64,000 nucleotides of DNA from a virus, in IMG/VR virus record IMGVR_UViG_3300025030_000074, positions 1 through 64,000 of that record; one strand, 5' to 3'. Within the stretch, counting starts at the first letter, position 1; every line of letters starts with the position of its first letter. The notes under the pieces are model-generated. The model searched no databases, was not told where the DNA came from, and saw only the letters and a list, made by a program, of their open reading frames with translations. The position numbers and the translations under genes are program-made. Below are positions 30,264-39,861 of this stretch, piece by piece.

Positions 30264-31372
30264 ATGAAACAAAAATCAATAGATTCTATATTAAAAAGAT
30301 ATGTTGACAATTCTGAATATGCCGAGAAAGTTAACAAATATATTTCTGAACGTGAAAGTAAGGAACCATATACTGTGGACTTCGTCCAAAGTATTCTTAA
30401 ATCTATGTCCTGGAAACAATTAAGTTTTCTTAACTTTGATATTATGCCAAAATATGAACAACTATCTTAGCCATCAAAACAATCATAATAATAACAACAG
30501 AGAAGCTATTATAATTGCAGCTGCAATAGTAATTTCCTTCTTGTTGTTCACTTTTTACAAGTTAATGGAGGCTATTTTAAAATAAAGATTATGACAAACA
30601 ACAAATTAAGATTAACTTCTATAACTTTTAACCGCGATCTTGAAGGAAAACGTCCATTCCAAGGATACCTATCCTTTTTTGATAAAAACTTTCATACAAT
30701 AAATTTAGATATGAACGATAAAACAACAAAAGAATCTGTAAAGAGGCTAAAAGTTATAGCAAGAAGAGAAGTAAAGAAGTTTGCAGCTTCTTTAAAAAGA
30801 GCTTTAAAATAAATTAATTTAATTAACTAAAAACTAAAAGATGTTATGAAAACACAAGTATTTTGCCAAAAGAATCTTCCTATATCAAAAATAGGAGAAA
30901 GAGTAGAAAAAATAAAATTAAGAATGATGGGATCAGAGAGTTTTTGGGATAAAGGAAGAAAGGAATTAGGTGATTGCGGAAATCCTGTAATCTTAGTATT
31001 TGCAGAACAAGATAAATCTTCCAAAACAGTATTATTTATTTAAAATTAACTAAATTATTAACTAAAACTCATAAAACTATGACAAACTACAAACCAATAA
31101 CAGATAACGAGTTTGAACTTATTCACAAAGCAATTCACAATTTAGAAGTTGGAAAAACTATTCTTATAGGAGAAAAAGAGTATCCTATTGGAAAATCAAA
31201 CAATGGATGCAAATATATCCAATGCAGAGGAATTAGATTTATGGAACAAAATAAAGATAAAACCTCTGAGTATGCTAAAAGGGCAAGGGAAGGAGAAAAG
31301 ATAACCTGGGGAATACGAAGTGCTAAACCTTGGATGTTATTTGACGGAAATAAACTAAAAAGAAGTTATTAA
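30264..31372 (+). other. run of small early ORFs (30264-30470, 30591-30812, 30846-31043, 31079-31372)
   Basis: Co-oriented short ORFs with A-rich leaders. Confidence 0.55.
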
Positions 31373-31387
31373 CCAAAAACTATTACT

Positions 31388-32791
31388 ATGGAAACCAAAA
31401 AAATAGACTCTTTAACAAAAGAACAAGTTTCAAAGTTAGAGATTTATAAAAATAAGTTTTTAGATAAATTCTTTAATCCTAAAAAAGAAGCTTCTTTCAA
31501 AGAGGTTAAAGAATACGTATATTGGTTATATAAGTTTTGCAATTTAGAAAAACCTATTACCATTCTTGTCAATTCTCCTTATGAATGCGTAATTGCTTAT
31601 CAATATTGTAAAATGTTATTTCCCATTTTATACAAAAACATTACTCAAATAAATAGCCAAATGGAGAACCAAGTGTGGGACCAAGTGGGGGACCAAGTGA
31701 GAAACCAAGTGTGGAACCAAGTGGGGAACCAAGTGAGAAACCAAGTGTGGAACCAAGTAGGGGACCAAGTGAGGAACCAAGTGAGAAACCAAGTGAGAAA
31801 CCAAGTGAGAAACCAAGTGTGGAACCAAGTGGGGAACCAAGTGTGGAACCAAGTAGGGGACCAAGTGAGGAACCAAGTGAGAAACCAAGTGTGGAACCAA
31901 GTAGGGAACCAAGTGTGGAACCAAGTGGGGGACCAAGTGTGGAACCAAGTGGGGGACCAAGTGAGTGACCAAGTGATGAACCAAGTGATGAACCAAGTAG
32001 GGAACCAAGTGTGGAACCAAGTGGGGGACCAAGTGTGGAACCAAGTGAGTGACCAAGTGAGGAACCAAGTGGAAAAAGAAGTAAAAGTAAGTTATATAGA
32101 TCCCAGTTACTCTTTGTCTGCTTTTAATAGTTGGATATCTTTCTATGATTTCTTTGATAAAGAGTTAAATATCTATAAGGAATCTACAAAAAAAATATTT
32201 AATGAGTATTCTAAAATATTAGATTTGAATATTTTTTGGGGACTTACTTTTAGTACCCTTTGCATAGTTTCTAAAAATGCAACAACTATTCACAGAAATG
32301 CTAATTTCCAATTACATTCATCTAAAGGTCCTGCCATTATATTTCCAAAAGGAGAGTCAGGATATTCCTATAAGATGTATTTTATAAATGGAAGATCAAT
32401 TCCCAGAGAAATTGCAGAAATTTCGTTAAATAATGAACTAACAAAAGAAGTTTTCATTAACGAAAAAAATGATGAATATAAAAGTGCCTGGTATGCATAT
32501 AGTGGAGAAGAAAAAATGTTGAAAATACTTGAAGCTATAGAAATAGACCGTTTTACAGTTACACACAACAACGAGGAAGAAGAAACAATAACTCTTTTTA
32601 AAACTAAAGAAAACCTGAATAAAGTAGAAAATAAACCTTATGCATGGTTAAAAAGAATTTGTCCTTCTACTGGAACTGTCTATCTTACTTCTACTAATCC
32701 GGATTTTGATAAGGCGGAAGCTGCTGCCCGGTTTCATCGTCCAGATTTTGTTCCAACTACTGTAGGATATAGATGGTATAGTCGTTCTTAA
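31388..32791 (+). CDS. tetrapeptide-repeat protein with a DUF6745-like C-terminal domain
   Basis: 34 [ND]QVx repeats, then [11 protein letters not shown]...YFING and the C-terminal CPSTG.VY. Confidence 0.75.
   Translation: METKKIDSLTKEQVSKLEIYKNKFLDKFFNPKKEASFKEVKEYVYWLYKFCNLEKPITILVNSPYECVIAYQYCKMLFPILYKNITQINSQMENQVWDQVGDQVRNQVWNQVGNQVRNQVWNQVGDQVRNQVRNQVRNQVRNQVWNQVGNQVWNQVGDQVRNQVRNQVWNQVGNQVWNQVGDQVWNQVGDQVSDQVMNQVMNQVGNQVWNQVGDQVWNQVSDQVRNQVEKEVKVSYIDPSYSLSAFNSWISFYDFFDKELNIYKESTKKIFNEYSKILDLNIFWGLTFSTLCIVSKNATTIHRNANFQLHSSKGPAIIFPKGESGYSYKMYFINGRSIPREIAEISLNNELTKEVFINEKNDEYKSAWYAYSGEEKMLKILEAIEIDRFTVTHNNEEEETITLFKTKENLNKVENKPYAWLKRICPSTGTVYLTSTNPDFDKAEAAARFHRPDFVPTTVGYRWYSRS
31667..32074 (+). 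repeat. coding 12-bp minisatellite, 34 units (RACCAAGTRNNN)
   Basis: Directly visible tandem array. Confidence 0.95.
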
Positions 32792-32826
32792 TTAACTAAT
32801 TTATTAACAATTAAAAATAAAAAACT

Positions 32827-33213
32827 ATGAAATTTACAAATGTTAACATAATGGGAGGAGATGTACAATGCTATGGTATTGAATCCTTACCTGAAAATCT
32901 TAAAAAGGTAACCAATATAAAAGAAAAGATAATTGCCAGAGGAGAAATATCTGGACATTGTCACATCTTAACGGGAGATGTAGAGCTCTTTAAAGATGAA
33001 AAAGGAAATCTATTTGCTTGTGTAGGTTCTGATGGGGCATACCATCAGCATTACAAAGAATCCATGGTTAAAGAAGAAACCTTTAATGAACTGAAAAACA
33101 TATCTAATTGCGATCATACTAAGGAATGCAAATTACCAAAAGGTAATTATTCCATAGGGATAGACCGTCAATACGATCCTAATGCTAAAAGTTGGATCAA
33201 GAATGTGGATTAA
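32827..33213 (+). CDS. His-rich partner protein of the repeat gene
   Basis: GDV...ARGEISGHCH...H...LPKGNY....RQYD. Confidence 0.7.
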   Translation: MKFTNVNIMGGDVQCYGIESLPENLKKVTNIKEKIIARGEISGHCHILTGDVELFKDEKGNLFACVGSDGAYHQHYKESMVKEETFNELKNISNCDHTKECKLPKGNYSIGIDRQYDPNAKSWIKNVD

Positions 33214-33441
33214 ACTATAAATTCTTTAACTTAATCTAAAAACTATGACAAATAACCAAACAAAGGATATTCAAAATATAGTAAGAAATTTATTAGACTT
33301 TTCAGAAAGGTTAAGGTATCTTCATAACGAAGATACGGAATATAGTCCTACAAGGAATAATATTCCGAATTCTATAGTTTTTATAGAACGTGCTGCAGAT
33401 GAACTTAAAGAAATAACAAAAGAAGAATTTTTGAAAGCAGT

Positions 33442-35138
33442 ATGACGAATAAACTATTAGTAATAGGAGATATCCATGGAAGAGAACTTTGGAAAAATAT
33501 AGTAACCTCCCATAGAGATGCCGATATGGTTATTTTTATGGGAGACTACTTTGATTCTTTTCATGTGGATCCTTCTGTACAAATTCAGAACTTTAAAGCT
33601 ATAATTGAATATAAGAAATTAAATGAAGACAAAGTTGTGTTGTTACTAGGAAATCATGTAACATAATAGTTTCGAATATAATAAAATGAAATATAATACA
33701 AACGATAAATACTTTGAACAAATTGACTCTGAAGATAAAGCGTATTTTTTAGGCCTTCTTTTTGCAGACGGTTACAATTTTATAGGAAAAAGCTATATGG
33801 TAACCTTACAACTTTGTATTGGTGATATAGATATATTAAAGCAATTTCGAAGTTATATAGGAGATTGCACTATATATATCTATAAAAATAAAAACAAAAA
33901 TCATCAAGATATTGCAAGATTACAAATAAACAGTAAAAAAATAAGTACAGATCTTCATAATATTGGATGTGTTCAAGGAAAAAGCCTTATACTAGAATTT
34001 CCAGATAGTGTTTTAATAGAACCTTTTATGAATCATTTTATAAGAGGATACTTTGATGGAAATGGATGTGTTTGGGAAGGAAAAAGAGGAAAAGTTTTAT
34101 GTAAAGATATTTCTCGTAAAGAAGGAGAAAGAATTAGAATAGTTCATAATGTAAAATTTAATATAGTAGGAGCAACAAATTTTATTAAAGGAATACAAAA
34201 TATTCTAGTATCAGAATTAGGATTTGGACAAACTATTCTTAATAATGGTAAAAAAATAAGAGGATATTCCCAACTTGAGTATTCCGGTAGACTACAAATG
34301 AAAAAATTCTATGATTATCTTTATAATAATGCAACTCTTTACCTAGAAAGAAAGAAGAGAAAATTTGAAACTATTATACGTGCTAATATACAGTGATGTA
34401 TATTTGAAACAAGGTTAACTGCTGGAAACTCTTACCTGTAAAAAATATAATTTGCAAAAGACAATCAGCAACCAAACTTCAATTAAAATTGAAGGAGGCT
34501 CATCGACTATTCCTGAAATGGAAGTAGGTTCAAGCGAACCGAAATGCCTTGCTCTTGCTAATGCAAGATGAAGATATAGTCAGTTCTCATATGAAAATAT
34601 GAGCCATAAGGTCAAAAATTAGCGATTTTTGATAAACACAAAGGATTTACATTACCTTCTTGAAGAGGAAAAGTATTCCGGATATCAAACTTTATATGCG
34701 AGTTATTACAAATCTCTATTTAGAAAATACATAGAAGAAAAACTTTTTAAAATATGTTTTGAGCATGAAAAGTACTTGTTCTCGCATGCGGGATTTACTA
34801 AGACCTGGTGTAAAAATAATAAAATAAATGGTCAAATAACATCCTTTTGCGAAGATGTTAACAAATTTTTATATGAAGATATAAACATATTTAGATTCAC
34901 TCCTGGTAAAAAAGATGAATGTCATGGAGATGAAATCTGTCAAGGTCCCATGTGGGTAAGACCAAAAAGTTTAAAAGAAGATGGAATTGCAGGTTATACT
35001 CAGGTAGTAGGACATACTATGCAAAAAGAATTAAGCATAACAGATTCCAAATTCATATTTGTAGATACTCTAGAAACTTCAAAAGAATTCCTTTTAATAC
35101 ATAAACATGGTATGAGTGTAGCAAAAGTTAATTTATAA
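33442..35138 (+). CDS. calcineurin-like metallophosphoesterase, spliced (exons 33442-33657 and 34644-35138; about 236 aa)
   Basis: GDIHG, GDYFD, GNH|D restored by splicing, SHAG, GHT. Confidence 0.9.
33658..34643 (+). mobile_element. group I intron
   Basis: Splices after U and ends in G. P1 is formed by CAU|GU..AUAAUAGUUUC pairing with GAAACUAUUAU-ACGUG (34367-34382), giving a U.G wobble. Core elements UGCUGGAAA, AAUCAGCA and P7 GACUA/UAGUC. Confidence 0.93.
33686..34396 (+). CDS. intron-encoded LAGLIDADG homing endonuclease
   Basis: Two motifs, YFLGLLFADG and FIRGYFDGNG. Confidence 0.93.
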   Translation: MKYNTNDKYFEQIDSEDKAYFLGLLFADGYNFIGKSYMVTLQLCIGDIDILKQFRSYIGDCTIYIYKNKNKNHQDIARLQINSKKISTDLHNIGCVQGKSLILEFPDSVLIEPFMNHFIRGYFDGNGCVWEGKRGKVLCKDISRKEGERIRIVHNVKFNIVGATNFIKGIQNILVSELGFGQTILNNGKKIRGYSQLEYSGRLQMKKFYDYLYNNATLYLERKKRKFETIIRANIQ

Positions 35139-35154
35139 TCTAAAATAATAAACT

Positions 35155-35442
35155 ATGAAAAATATGAAATTTTATACGAAAAGAGGATCAATAACTTTTA
35201 CAAACAGTGCTCAAGGTGCACCAAAACGTGATATAGAAAAAGCCTTATCCTGTATGAAAGAATACATAAATGATTTCTACAAGGAAAAGAGAAGAAAAAT
35301 CAATATAACCCTTACCAGCTATTACAGAGGAGAGTTTCCAATGTTTTACTATGAGGCAGATTTATCCCTAAAAAAGTGTTGGCCCTTTGGATGTGCGGGT
35401 CACCTATACACAGAAAAGATGCCTGAAAAAGATTCTGACTAA
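35155..35442 (+). CDS. hypothetical protein
   Basis: 95-aa ORF. Confidence 0.55.
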   Translation: MKNMKFYTKRGSITFTNSAQGAPKRDIEKALSCMKEYINDFYKEKRRKINITLTSYYRGEFPMFYYEADLSLKKCWPFGCAGHLYTEKMPEKDSD

Positions 35443-35592
35443 TGTAGCCGTTTAACATATAAATCTTCAATTTATTAGATACTAAATTTTAAATACCAAC
35501 TTACCAAATTCCAAATCCCAAAACCCAAAACGCCAATAAGCGTAAAGGAACTAACTTTTACGTAATTATTAACCCTTAAAAACACAAAAAAG

Positions 35593-35778
35593 ATGAACAA
35601 AAACTTCAGATTTTACGTGTCAGGTATAGCGACAGCCATCATCACCAGAACATGGGATGAGAAAGAAAACAGGCCATCGTTAACACCTGAAGAGGTATCA
35701 GAACTCACACTTGAGTATGCTACCCAGTTGGCAGACACTGTTGATGCCCATACAACCGAAGAGGTTGTAGCGGACTAA
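35593..35778 (+). CDS. small hypothetical protein
   Basis: 61 aa, A-rich leader, hairpins downstream. Confidence 0.55.
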   Translation: MNKNFRFYVSGIATAIITRTWDEKENRPSLTPEEVSELTLEYATQLADTVDAHTTEEVVAD

Positions 35779-36112
35779 TACCTTTTCTGTAAATAAACCC
35801 TACTCGTGAAAGGATACACCGGGTAGATAACTGAAAGAGGTCTGGCATTGGTAAAGTTAGTTTATGATTCATAATATTTCCTGAATCAACTCTTTCAGTT
35901 TTTATTTTCTTTAGCAAAGATAATAGCAAGATTAACCAAAACATATACTAGCAAAACAATGATTCGAGATACAAGATGTGTTCTAGGCACATTCCAGAAT
36001 CCTTTTCCCAAAAACTACCCATTATCCAAAATAATAAGAAAAGGAGAAAAAGATAGGAAAAAAAGTGTTATAAAAGAATTTAGAAACAAAATGTCAAAAA
36101 GTTTTCCCGGAT

Positions 36113-36958
36113 ATGAAAAGAAACATCATGACTTTTTCAAAAAATATGCCTCAAATAAACATTAGGCAATTAGGACAACATGTAGGCTTTGTACAAATAC
36201 TTGATAAAAAAGGAAAAGTACTTATTGACATTATGAATGAAAAATGCTGTATGTATTTAAATACTTGCTCACATGATTTTGACAAAGCTTTAATATATAT
36301 ACCAACAACTTGGATAGATGGAGGATTACCTACTCTTAAAAAGTGGATAAAATTTATTAATGACGTTGGATTCAGATGTAAATATATAAGCACTTTTGAA
36401 TTAAAATATGAAAGATATAAAAGACCTAGAAAGGAAAAAGCATTTGAAGTAAAAATCACCTACAATTCTGATAAATTTACAAAAGAATATCCTTTAATAG
36501 TTTTCACTGCTTTAAGGTATTTATATTCACCAAAATACAAAGGACTAGTAAGTAAAACTTATCAACTGAAACGAGATTATCCAAAGTTTTCTAATTTTAA
36601 ATGTTTATATTTAGCACATTATAATAAAGAGTACGATAGTGAGTTCTCTTTAAGAGCAAATAATGCAGCTTATCCTTTATCTTTAAAGCAATTAAAAGAA
36701 AAATTGCTATGTAATGGTTCTGAAAAATACATAAGTAATCCTATTCATAATATCTTTAATAATGGAATACAAAAAATTCTTAGTAAAAATTATAAAAATA
36801 TGTATATTTATCTTGGTCAATCAAAAAGTTTTCAGAATAGATTTATAATAGAAAGAAATGCTTATACTAAAGCTATAAGACTATTTAAACAAGGAAGAGT
36901 TATAGAACTATTGAATTTTTTAAAAAATAGAAAGATTGAAGATTTAGAAAACTTATGA
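36113..36958 (+). CDS. hypothetical protein upstream of the amidoligase
   Basis: 281 aa; ATGA overlap with the ligase gene. Confidence 0.65.
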   Translation: MKRNIMTFSKNMPQINIRQLGQHVGFVQILDKKGKVLIDIMNEKCCMYLNTCSHDFDKALIYIPTTWIDGGLPTLKKWIKFINDVGFRCKYISTFELKYERYKRPRKEKAFEVKITYNSDKFTKEYPLIVFTALRYLYSPKYKGLVSKTYQLKRDYPKFSNFKCLYLAHYNKEYDSEFSLRANNAAYPLSLKQLKEKLLCNGSEKYISNPIHNIFNNGIQKILSKNYKNMYIYLGQSKSFQNRFIIERNAYTKAIRLFKQGRVIELLNFLKNRKIEDLENL

Positions 36959-37791
36959 AAGAAGAAAAATTAATAAAAGGTCCTATTACCTACGGAGCAG
37001 ATCCAGAAGTGTTTTTAAGAAATAAATATACGATGGAACTAGTATCCTCTATAGAAGTAATTAAAGGAACAAAAGAAAAGCCCTTAAAAGTACAAGAAGG
37101 TTATTTCTTAAGCCATGACAATGTAGCAGCAGAATTCACTATAAGACCTAGCTTAACTTTAAAAGAGTTTCAAGCAAATATGGAAAGAGGTATTTGGTGT
37201 TTAAATTCTGTACTTCCAGATAATCTGGAACTATTAATAGAATCATCTGCTTATTTTGATGAAAATCAATTACAAAATTCCGAAGCTAAAAAATTCGGAT
37301 GCAGTCCTGATTTTAATGCATGGAAAGAAAGCAAAAATAAAGTTCCTGATGCAAGTAAAAGTAATCTTCGTTCAGCTGGGGCACATGTTCATATTGGATT
37401 TACAAATAATTCTGAAAACTTTGATGGAATAGAAAAAATGGATGTAGTAATAAGATTTATCAAAGCTTTGGATATTTTCTTAGGAGTAGAATCAGTACTC
37501 TTGGATAAGGACGCCCAAAGAAGAAAACTTTATGGGCAAGCAGGATGCTTCAGGATACGTCCTTTTGGATTGGAATACCGCTCATTGGGAAATTTTTGGA
37601 TAAAAAATCCCAAAGGAATAAGATGGGTGTATAATGGAATAAAAAAAGCAATAAACTTTGTTAATAACTTTGAAGAGATAACTATTGAAGATGAATCTAT
37701 TATACAAAATTGTATAAATACTTATGACAAAGTTACTGCAGGATATCTATTAGACAAGTATAGACAAGTAAAAGTATTAGAAACCATTTAA
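36955..37791 (+). CDS. phiEco32-like COOH-NH2 ligase type 2
   Basis: TYGADPEVFL, DNVAAEF, FGCSPDFNAW, LRSAGAHVHIG, RRKLYGQAG.FR...GLEYRSL. Confidence 0.9.
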   Translation: MKEEKLIKGPITYGADPEVFLRNKYTMELVSSIEVIKGTKEKPLKVQEGYFLSHDNVAAEFTIRPSLTLKEFQANMERGIWCLNSVLPDNLELLIESSAYFDENQLQNSEAKKFGCSPDFNAWKESKNKVPDASKSNLRSAGAHVHIGFTNNSENFDGIEKMDVVIRFIKALDIFLGVESVLLDKDAQRRKLYGQAGCFRIRPFGLEYRSLGNFWIKNPKGIRWVYNGIKKAINFVNNFEEITIEDESIIQNCINTYDKVTAGYLLDKYRQVKVLETI

Positions 37792-37817
37792 ATTTACTAA
37801 CTTAAAACTAAAATACC

Positions 37818-38237
37818 ATGATTTGTTATTATGCTCATAGTCTATTAACTTACGGAACAGTAAAGGAATATCATGAAAGAACATTCCTTGAAACAAAATT
37901 CCAAAAAGTTATATGCCCCAACAGAGATTTAGGAGGAAATTCTCCTTCTGTATCTATGGAACCTTTTCTAAATATGGTTTCTGTTTGTAATGTTTTAGTT
38001 GTATCAGAATTCAGAGGTTTCATAGGAAAAGGAGTCTTCACAGAAGTTTGTAGGGCAGCCGGAGAAAATAAACAAATCTTGGTTTTAAGAAAAGTAAACA
38101 GTAGCTTAAAGCTTTTAGAATTTAAAAAAGTAGTTTTAAATGATGAAAGTGATTGGAAACTTAATTATGGAATAGTTTACGTAAAATCTGAAAAAAAAAC
38201 TAACATCAATAAAAACTATGAAAACAAAATTTCTTAA
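37818..38237 (+). CDS. nucleoside 2-deoxyribosyltransferase-like (flavodoxin-fold) protein
   Basis: YYAHS...CPN...CNVLVV...GKGVFTEV..A. Confidence 0.55.
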   Translation: MICYYAHSLLTYGTVKEYHERTFLETKFQKVICPNRDLGGNSPSVSMEPFLNMVSVCNVLVVSEFRGFIGKGVFTEVCRAAGENKQILVLRKVNSSLKLLEFKKVVLNDESDWKLNYGIVYVKSEKKTNINKNYENKIS

Positions 38238-38748
38238 TACTTGTCCTGTTACAGGAGGCCTCTGTGCTAATCCTCTTTGTATGTTTGGATGTATAGAGAA
38301 TATTATTACAAAGACAAAAATTAGTAAATATAAAGTTTCAATAAAAAAACAATTCCTTGATAAAAAAGTATGAAAGAGAAAGGACCATTCATTCTCTTAT
38401 AAAGAAGAATTGCCTTATAAATCGTTCGGAAACTAGCACTACAAAGATAAAAGGTCAAAATATTGCTCCTAAGACTATTGAAGTAGGATTTGCAAGAAGA
38501 CTGGGAAACGGTTCTTGGGGACAAATAGGGTTTCTGAAAAGTAGATATGGATATAAGGTAAGTAGATCGAAAATGAAAAAGAAGTTATTAACTAAAAATA
38601 TAACACATGTTAAATTTGATAAGAGAAGTAGATTACGTTTGGTGTGAATGTATAGTACCAACAGCAAAAGTTTTGACTGTTTTTCTTTGTGCACTATCAG
38701 CAATAGTAGTAATTATGCTATTTCTAAGTTGTATCATCTAATAATAAT

Positions 38749-38872
38749 AAAAGACCCGGATAGTTTACTGAATAACTGCAGGCGAGCTGTCTCTTTTGGA
38801 AGTTAATTCTCAACAATGGCTTTCTGGGGGACAAAAGGAGAAGTCGAGATTATCCTAATGTCCGGGCTTTTT
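38749..38872 (+). ncRNA. long rod-shaped RNA candidate with a central bubble (6S-like)
   Basis: Closing stem CCCGGAUA/UGUCCGGG, inner stems CUUUUG/CAAAAG and GAAGUUA/UGGCUUU. Confidence 0.45.
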
Positions 38873-38890
38873 TATATTTGTAAAAAATAA

Positions 38891-39508
38891 ATGGAAGAAA
38901 ATTTAATTGAACAAGAACTATATGAATCTTCATATTTAAAACAACTGTATGCCCTGCCCTATGCTTTTGAGATTTTAAGTAAAAAGCTTTTTAGAGACAG
39001 AAGTAAGATGGAAGAATCTCTTGCTATTCTAAAGACTATAAAGGACCATTTTATAACTGGGTCCGGCATTGATCCTAAAGATGATTTAGTTAAGGTTTTT
39101 ATACTTGAAGATTCAAAAAGTTCCTCTATAGGAACCATTTTAGGATATGAGACAATGTGGAATATAAAGATTTTTAACAAAAGCATAGATTTAAGGAATG
39201 GTACTTCAAATTATCTAATTAAAGAAAACGATAATCTAAAGATTTACGTTACAGACTTGTATAAAGGGGCAACTTCTGCTACAACAGAAAACGAATACCT
39301 TTTTCCTTTGATAATCATAAAATTGGATCCAAAAGTTAATTTAGACCTTGTTTTAACACAGTACTTTGAAAAATACAGTGAAAAATATTTAATAGAGTTA
39401 TCTTCTCACGAATACCAAACATCTTCTACATCTCCTTATACACTTTGTAACCTAGATCCTAATATTTCAGGAATCAATAAATATTTAAAAATATGGTATT
39501 ATGTTTGA
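38891..39508 (+). CDS. hypothetical protein
   Basis: 205 aa, preceded by TATATTTG at 38873. Confidence 0.6.
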   Translation: MEENLIEQELYESSYLKQLYALPYAFEILSKKLFRDRSKMEESLAILKTIKDHFITGSGIDPKDDLVKVFILEDSKSSSIGTILGYETMWNIKIFNKSIDLRNGTSNYLIKENDNLKIYVTDLYKGATSATTENEYLFPLIIIKLDPKVNLDLVLTQYFEKYSEKYLIELSSHEYQTSSTSPYTLCNLDPNISGINKYLKIWYYV

Positions 39509-39857
39509 AATTGGAGCAATAGTTATACATAAGAATCCTCTACATAGAGAACCTTCTCATGGTTATGGGATTATACAAGAGATTGATAATGAAAGCGGAG
39601 ATGTTTATATTAATTGGATAAGTACCCAGTTAGGAGGATCCAACTATACAGATTGGGTTGATCCTGAATATCTTTTACCTTTTATGGATAATTCTTTAAA
39701 AAATAAGTTTTACATTGGATCAAAGGTAAAGATAAAGCGTACAGGAAGACACGGAACCATAGAAAATCTAATAGGAAAAAATACTTTATCTATTAGAACT
39801 GGAAGAAAGACTATTAGAACCTTTAGTAAAGAAGACGTAAAAATAGAAACCAATTAA
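39501..39857 (+). CDS. tandem SH3/KOW-like protein (NLIGK family)
   Basis: MFEIGAIV...FYIGSKVK..G.GTIENLIGK. Confidence 0.6.
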   Translation: MFEIGAIVIHKNPLHREPSHGYGIIQEIDNESGDVYINWISTQLGGSNYTDWVDPEYLLPFMDNSLKNKFYIGSKVKIKRTGRHGTIENLIGKNTLSIRTGRKTIRTFSKEDVKIETN

Positions 39858-39861
39858 TGCT

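Noticed and set aside
31667-32074. CRISPR array, or real genes in the alternative frames (31628..32068 minus, 31675..31968 plus)
   Set aside because: The units are 12 bp with no spacers and no cas genes. The extra ORFs are by-products of a stop-free coding repeat.
34629-35138. Independent gene starting at TTG 34629
   Set aside because: It is exon 2 of the intron-split phosphoesterase.
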